Source of the DNA: the human T2T-CHM13v2.0 reference genome, Homo sapiens
Strand: one strand, 5' to 3'
DNA length: 64,000 nucleotides
Assembly: GCF_009914755.1 (NCBI RefSeq)
Contig: NC_060947.1
How positions within the stretch are numbered: the stretch's first letter is position 1; each line of letters opens with the position of its first letter. The translations under genes were made by a program, and so were the position numbers. The notes under the pieces are model-generated. The model was not told the origin of the DNA and searched no databases. It saw nothing but the letters and a program-made list of their open reading frames with translations. Positions 55,881 to 64,000 of the stretch are shown here, piece after piece.

Positions 55881-58800
55881 TAAGCCTGAGCTTCAGGTTT
55901 GTGATGATCACCTTTTCTTGATAAACTCTTTCTGGATAAAGGTGCTCCATGTCTGGTTTCCTTGTTGATGGTTCTTCATAGCCTACATGTCTGGAACCCT
56001 CAGAGAAAGTGAGGTTTGCTAACATGACTATCATAATTCTTTCATTTGCAACACTAGCAACAGATCTCAGGTTCCAGGATAAATGTGCTATGACGTGGTG
56101 ATCCTCCAGAGAGTCTACCTTGAATATTCACTACCAAGACCTGCTTCAAAATCATTGGCCCGTTCTTGCCTTTCCTTTGTGTGCAGCATTCTGAGAGGAG
56201 TTGAAAGAGAGGAAGACAAGAATGCCTTAGTTACTTTCTGTGGCTCTTGTGCATTATTAATTTTCTTAACAAAAAAAAAAGCCATATGCATGTCAAGATT
56301 GATTAGAATCCTTAATGACATACTTAATTTTAGGAGTGCCATACCATGACTTCCAGCAAACAGAAGTGACTGTTGAGAAGGAATGATTCACCACCTACTA
56401 GCTATACTAATAGTTACACATGAATATCGTGTCTAATGATCTCAGTCAAGCTGCCTCGTAACTTTATGTCTGCGCATCCATTTACACTTGTTTTTCCTAA
56501 TTGAAATTAATTGGAATAAATATGTGTCAAATAGTTAAACTCAGTAATCTAATTTTAAGAAAATGATTGCACTCTTTTTCCTGTTAATGAGCCTGGCTTT
56601 TTTTTTCTTCTTATCAATCTGTCCTTTGATAGGTCTTTTCATGACAATGGATTTTTCATATCCCAGGCTCTCAAGTCCCTCAGAAGTGTAGTAAGTCAGG
56701 TGAGATTCAGGATCTGCCTGCTAATGGGGAAATAGTTGGTCAGTTCAGTCACGTTGCCAAAGTAGTTAAGGCAGAGAGAAAGCAAATCCTTCATACTAAT
56801 TGGCAGCATGTAGCTGTTCCACGTAGTAATTATTTCATAGATGCTGAATAAATATGTCTGAAATGAAGAGAACTGTTAGAATTTTTTGACCTTGTCATTC
56901 TGTACTGAAATAAACACAACCACGGACAACTAAATAGTCTCAGAATGTTTTGAGAGCTTATTGCACGTAAGTGACTTATTCATAGGCAAGGCTGTATTGC
57001 TGTGTCATCACAAAACCTACAATTGGCAATGACCTTGGAATTAGTAGGTATGATTACTACATGTAAGGTGCTTAGAGCAATGTCCTGTATTTTCTAAGGA
57101 CTACATATTATGAGTATCATTTGGGATAACCTCTGTGGTCATCCAGAAATTCTACATGCAGAGTTTGGAATGCATCACATGACAGGATCGGATTCTTCTT
57201 CTACACTGTTGTGTGCTCATGTAAATCAAAATACTTCATAGTGCCCAAAGTTCCAATGGTTTATTGCCAAGGAGAAACAAGTTGCGTGTCAAGGGGACCA
57301 TCTTGAAACCAACATATTCTTCCCACATTAGCACTTATGCAGATTAATTTAAAAATATAATCTGCATGTTGGTAATTCTATCTGAATGTCAATTATTATT
57401 AATATTATTACTGAGTCAGTCATGTAGATTTACACATGGTAATTAACACTTTTCACATATTATATGGATAGATGCATGGCCGATGACATGGAAAGGCTGT
57501 AGCTTTCACAAATCTTCCTAGTGGCGATGGACATACCAGCATAGGCTGTCCCTATGTGCCAACTTCAAAAACCCAGCTTGGTCTCTTGGGAAAACTGGAA
57601 TCTAATTGGATACTTTAAGTGTTTTTGCATGGAGCTGTCAGCATATACATCTTGTTGCAGCTGTGAACCATCAAACATGTGTACAACTAGACTTAAAAAA
57701 ATGACTGCTACACATTTGTGTAAAGTTGGTAGATGCATTTACATGAAAATCAACTGGTGGGAAATTCATGGAAATAATCCAAGCAGAATAGAAAACTAGG
57801 GTAGGTTTGTCAGTCATCTGAGTAAGTGTCATGATTCTGTGATTCTCTTTGGCTCAGGATTCAGTCTGTTGAATGAATTTACAAAACAAAAAACAAATAC
57901 CCAAAAGCAAAAAGAAAGCTCTTTGCAATAGCCACAGACTTCCAGGCCAAAAAATAAACATATGACAAAGTATTTCACACTGCATTATAGGTGCATGAAG
58001 AAACAATGAACTTGCATTATTGTTTGTGTTGCTTCATATTATTGTCAAAACCTCTATTTCCTCTGCTGATGGGGGCAGGCAGAAAAGCTCAAGCTTCAAC
58101 TTGCCAGTCAGGATAACAGTCTCTTCCGATCTTATATTTTGGGTAAATATTCAGTCAATTCAGAATTCAATCTTCATCAGGTTAGAGTCCTCCTCCACTC
58201 CATCTCAAACGCTGCTTCCCATCCTCATCATAAAATAGTGTCTGGGTTCAGGAGAAGCCTTTCAATGTTTGTGCATGTGAGAGTGTGACCTGTGTAGCGA
58301 GGTGCCTTTTTTCTCTGTCTTTCTCTTTGCCCTGCTGAAGCACCTGCAGCTGGCATAGCTCAGGGACAGTTCTCTGAATGAAAGGGATCCCCATCTTGGC
58401 TTCGCTGGTCCTGTTGCTCATAGATTTCGACTCTTCTTTCCATTGGTCTCTTGTTTTGGGCACCCCAGTTTGCAGTCCTCCAATATGGAGTAATTTCACT
58501 CCCCATCTGAAAGAAAGGCATGCCAAACACTGTCTCCAGCTGTCTTCTAGGGAGGAACTACTGGCTCTCACATCAAGTGAGTGTAGAGTTTACGGGAGAG
58601 TCAGAGGGGTAGCTGTTTGGGAGATTTCCCTAAAAGTATTTCTCAGGAGATGTTTCTTTGCCTAGGCAAGGGATGCCACTAATACTCTCTACTTGGATTC
58701 CTCTGCCTAGACTTCAGGAGTTTCTCTCCTTCTCTTTGAGGTTCTCAGCTTAAAGAACTTAACCCACCCTTCATGTCAACTGCCTGGCTTTTCCTCTCCC

Positions 58801-59388
58801 TCTTCTCATCTTTAGTTCATCCTTCCAATATCAAATAACTTATTTCACCTTTATGTCTCTTGAGGACTTTCTTTATATGTTAACTTCTGTGCTTCTTTAA
58901 TTGCTTACAGCAAAATGCCAGGATTGTACTTCCAGGTTTTACTTTGGTTTATCAAGAAAAATGTTATGGACTTAGAAAGCCTTTTCTTTTGCTGTCAATA
59001 CCTTGCGTGCAAAACGAGACCATCTCTGAAGATTGAGACACATCCACTTTGCAAACCCAAAATGCAGCAATGAGATCTTTATTCTAGGCATGTGTGCCTC
59101 CTTCTGAAGGAATCAGCTCTCCTGGTTCAATGGGTTCAGTGGGCAGAGTTTCATGAACTAGGGAGAAGAAAACATATTTTGGTTTACTGTTTCAGATCTA
59201 TTGTCAGCTTTATATATGAATATGTGTGTATTTTTTATTGAATCACCAATTTCCCATCTACTACTAGTTATTAAAATAAGCCAGTTTTATATGTTTATAA
59301 TTAGGAAAAGTAGCAGTTATAAACTGTAATACCCTAAAGGGTGGCATGATTTGAGAGTGTGAATAAACTCTAAAGAACAGAAGTTGCA

Positions 59389-59774
<386 letters not shown>

Positions 59775-60289
59775 TTATGGTGTGCTCAAGTCCTCACCCC
59801 AAATTCCAGTCTTTATCTAGGCCCTTCCAGCCCTTTGTTCTTGGGATCATGTTGTTATTCAGCCACTCCAGGGTTTGTCAACCTAGGAGAGGAATGAAAT
59901 ATACCCCACCAACTATCGCCCATCAAGTTCTGGAAGGAAAGAGAAGAGCAGTGTGGGTCTGCTAGCTCTGGAGATCCTAGTTTGTTTCTACATTGGGCCT
60001 CATTCCTCACTCTGCTCTGATCCTGGTGTTGCCTTGATCCTCACTTTGCCTCCTAGTTCCTGCCTTCCTGCTGGGCTAGAATATTCCCACTCCAGTTCTC
60101 TGCTCTTTTAGCAGGGTAGGTACTAGGAAGGTAGGTTATCAGTAGTTGTGGGAGGAAGATAGAGGGTGTAACACCATGCACTCATATACACACCTCCCTC
60201 CAGCACTACCATTGTACCCCAAGACATGTGTCCACTGACTTACCCACATTGGCTTAGGAAGGGCTCCTGAACCCTAAAAATGCTTAAGA

Positions 60290-60520
60290 GAGCAAAAGTG
60301 GCATAAAAGAGACTGAGCTTTGGAATCTTTGGTTCAGATTCCTAGTTGGTCATACACTAGCTGTGTGACCCTGGGAAAATTACTCCATCTGTTAAAATTT
60401 CACCTTCCTCACCTACAAAATCTGAATAATTTTCACCTGCCTACATGACAGAATTCATAGGAGAGTAAATATGGCATGACAAAGTGCCTAGGGCATGGTA
60501 CACTCTCAGTAAATGCTGAT
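60290..60520 (+). mobile_element. MIR
   Basis: ggttcagattcctag..actagctgtgtgaccctgggaaaattact..ttcctcacct. Confidence 0.75.
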
Positions 60521-63369
60521 TTTTCCTTTCCTTCTGGAGGCTTACCTGTAACAACCTATTCTCAGCTGCCCCATGACCCCTGACCTCAGCTGCATGTCTA
60601 GGCTCAAAGTGTCTTATACAGTACAGGTGCTGAAATCCAGAGGTTTACATGCAAATTGGACTGCATAATTTCTGTGTTTTTTTTTTCAGTGTTTATTTCA
60701 ACATTAGTCTCCCTAATATTCATGGTTTTCAAGGTCAGTGGAAAATCATGTTGATTCGTATGACTCTGGATGATTAGAGTGAAGGGCTTTTGACTTCATC
60801 ACTTGTAGCTGCTTAATGGCTGAAGAATTAACAAAGGAGAAAATAGTGTGAACATGCCAAAGGAATGGTGATTAGAGTTGCATGATTGAAAAGTTTGACA
60901 TGTGTGGGGAAAAATCCATCTACTGCCCTGTCCTTTAATGCTGTGGCAGTTTTGCTCATATGCATGAGTAAAATGCAATTTCTACCAGTAGAATTCACTT
61001 TTGCTCAGAGGGGAAAAAATGCATGTGTCATAGTAGGATCTGGGAGTTGGAATTCAAAAGGTGTAATCTAATGAGTGGGTAAAGAGAAAGACCCAAAGAG
61101 AAATGTTTGAGAGTGAATGGAGAGGAGAAAGGAGCAGGAGGAGACAGAGAGAGAGAGATACAGAGAGAAATAGCTTACAGAGGTATTTTTATCTGGTATT
61201 GTTTACTGGGAACCAAATTGATTCAACTACTGTATACCCAGCCCTAAACTTTTGCCTCAACCCAGTCCACTGAGACATAATCACTGGTTAGCTTTGAAAC
61301 ACATTTTCTAATTTCATTTCTTCATTGTTTTGCACACTTCAAGGCATCCTAGCTTCAACCAGAAACCAAAGAACATCTGCAATCACAGCCGGACACATTT
61401 TGTTGCAAAAGTCAACATTGCTGAATTCCAGTCCTCTTGATATTCTGAGCCTCTCAGATGTCAGGGGATATCTTGTTTTTCAACATACTCTATTGAAATG
61501 TTATACACGGCTCATGAAAAATATGCCATTTGATAGACTTCATAAATCCATCTGCTATAACAGCCACTATGATAAAGGTCAACTGTGGAGTGTGAGGGCA
61601 TTTCCTAATCCTCTCCATTTTCATTCTCTTTAACCCTGTCAGTCCATGAAGTTGCTACTAAAGCTTGATGCTGTAGCTATGCATGCTGCCTGTACCTTGT
61701 TTTTAGATTCTTATCAGCGTAAATGTGCATGGGATCCTTATGGCTACTCTGTAAACTCCTAAATTTCCCGTCCTTATCTGAGGAAGTGCTAGGTACTGCT
61801 AAAGTAGAAAAGTCAGAGCCAGAGGAGATTTTTAATATAAAATAAGGCCCAGGAGAAGAGCAATCTTAGTCATGCTAGATATTTCTGAAGCATAACTTCT
61901 TAGTGGGAGATAGGAAGTAAGGAAGCTACTTGCAGTCTCTCAGCTGGGGGCCTCTTCTCCATGGATAGCAATTCAGAGATGGAAAACTATAGTTCTATTC
62001 TGCAACTAAGAATTATTTCTTATGGGACCCTGCATTTCTTTTTCCTACTCCCTATATAATCCCCTCCAACTTCAGATAATCTCAAGCCTGTTCATCAATT
62101 TAAAAAAAAAAAGTACTAAAAAAAGAGATTTCTACTTTATTTTTGGCTCACTCTTTAAGTTATGCACATAGGAATCTACATTTTCTAGCCTCCAAAGTGA
62201 CGTGGATGGTAGGGACAGTAATGGAATGAAAAAGTACATCTGGTTGAGCTAATCAATTTCAAGCACTTGACTGTTTTTGCTTTTTGTTTTCCCATAGGGG
62301 GAATCCAGAAGCCTTTCTAAAATAATATGAGAAGGCATGCTATTGAGAAAATTCCTCAAACATGAGTGTGAGGGTGTTGACAAAGCCTAGGAAGAGAGAA
62401 ATTACTCGTTATGAATAGGGGTTCTATCTTTTGCTGATAAAAAATCAGGAGGAAAGAAGAAAAGCAAGAAGTTAGGGGAAAGACAATGCCATAGGAGGTG
62501 AAGAATAGATCAAGACATTCTTTTTCCTGTATTTTATATTTCTCATGTATAATTTCATTGCATTTAATCCTTCTATTATCTTGAGCGTACAGAGAGTCTG
62601 TAACATCTATTGGAATTACGCATGTAAAGTCTGTGTTCTAATGGAAGTAAAATTTGTTTTCTCAGTTAAAAATAGAGACAATTTTTTTCCAGGCCCTCTC
62701 ACAAGAGTCTGGAATAAATCAACATGTTTACAAATACAATAAATGTGCTACAAGCCAATTGGGGATTTGTTTGTTCACATTTTCCCAATGGCTTTGGACA
62801 GGCGGTTCAAAAATAAGCACAATTCTCCATGGAATTTCCACTGAGTAAGAGCTTGACAAATGAAATAAATCCAAGTGCTGATAAGAGAAAACATGTTTCT
62901 TATAATGGGGAAGGTGTATATACACATACATATATGTGTATTTGTGTGTGTACATATATATTTGTGTGTACATATATATATTCCACAATTTTTACTAAGG
63001 TAGTATATTGACATTGCTTTGCTGTCATTCCAGAGTATTGCAAAACGAAATGGATTCCCCACATGGCATGTAGCTTACATATTGTTGGTGAAACAAACAG
63101 GCATGACTCTAACAAATTTTTCCTCTAACCTGTTCTTATGACAATAATGACATCTAACATTCCTTAAGCACTTGTGTTGAGCTACGTATTTATAAATTAA
63201 CACAGACTATATAATCTTTTCCTAGTGGTAGAAGCAGTTTTCTCATTTTTCAGATTAGGATATTCATAGGACTAATTCCCTTCAAATAATAAACTGTTCT
63301 AGAGAGAGGGCTCCAAATTAAGCCAAGAAGACTTTATGCTGACAACTTATTTCTATTAGAATACTAGAG

Positions 63370-63492
63370 AATTAATTCACTTATTCATTCACTAATGCAT
63401 CCACTTCTTTGGGCACCTAGAACAGCGTCTAGCACAAGATGTTCACTCAATAAATATTTGTTGAGTGAGTGAATGAATGAATGATTGAATGA
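63370..63492. mobile_element. L2 3' ends in opposite orientation
   Basis: ttcacttattcattcact...cctagaacagcgtctagcaca..ctcaataaatatttgttgagtgagtgaatgaatg. Confidence 0.7.
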
Positions 63493-63909
63493 GCAACTCT
63501 CATGTATAATCAGCTAGGCTCAGAGGGCTGGGAATGAAAAGTTGACGCCAATAGGGCTGATATCCTCAAGTCTGATAATAAAAATCTGCCTTGCAACTAA
63601 ATGGCAGCAATTAGAGACAGTTGTTATAACATGTTAAAAGGGAATTCTTGGAGAAAAATATAACTTAAGGTATGACCAGAAAAGGTTAGTGGAAGAGAGA
63701 TTTGACCCTCAGTATGGGGCTCAAGAAGCCAGGAATCATGAAAGGGAAAGAGAAGAATAGAAGAAAAAAATAGTTGGAAATTCACAAAGGGAAGAATTGC
63801 AAATAGAAGGCCAGGCCATGGCAAGAGGAAATTCACTGTATTATTCAAGTGAAGAAAGTGTCCTCTCAAAATCTTAGATGAAAACTTTGGAAATTCCCAT
63901 TAAGCCAAG

Positions 63910-64000
63910 TGTGGTGGGCAGAATAATTCTTCTACCCACCCTGAAGATGTCCATGTTTTAATACCTAGAATCTTTGAATATATTCCTTTACATGACCAAA
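63910..64000 (+). mobile_element. MLT1-type LTR 5' end (runs off the window)
   Basis: tgtggtgggcagaataat..aagatgtccatgttttaatacctagaatctttgaatat. Confidence 0.65.

Overview
This is primate (human-like) genomic DNA containing the 3' end of the steroid sulfatase gene STS on the + strand (Xp22.31 in human). It includes the penultimate coding exon (5669-5790), a 15.8-kb intron, and the terminal exon (CDS 21563-21936, then a long 3'UTR with several poly(A) signals out to about 26.3 kb). The remaining ~38 kb is gene-free and repeat-rich: Alu, L1, L2, MIR, MaLR THE1/MLT1, ERV1-class LTRs and hAT DNA transposons. Most ORF-track entries are repeat-derived or chance frames. I found no evidence of a new multi-gene system. 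The most unusual items are small: a de novo pre-miRNA-sized hairpin, two Alus sharing one triplicated target site, a tail-less L1 fragment with an open ORF2 frame, twin-primed L1s, a sense LTR in the STS 3'UTR, a THE1 LTR cluster with DUX4 motifs, and a local duplication of a Charlie1 end. Repeat subfamily names come from recalled consensus sequences and need Dfam/RepeatMasker confirmation.
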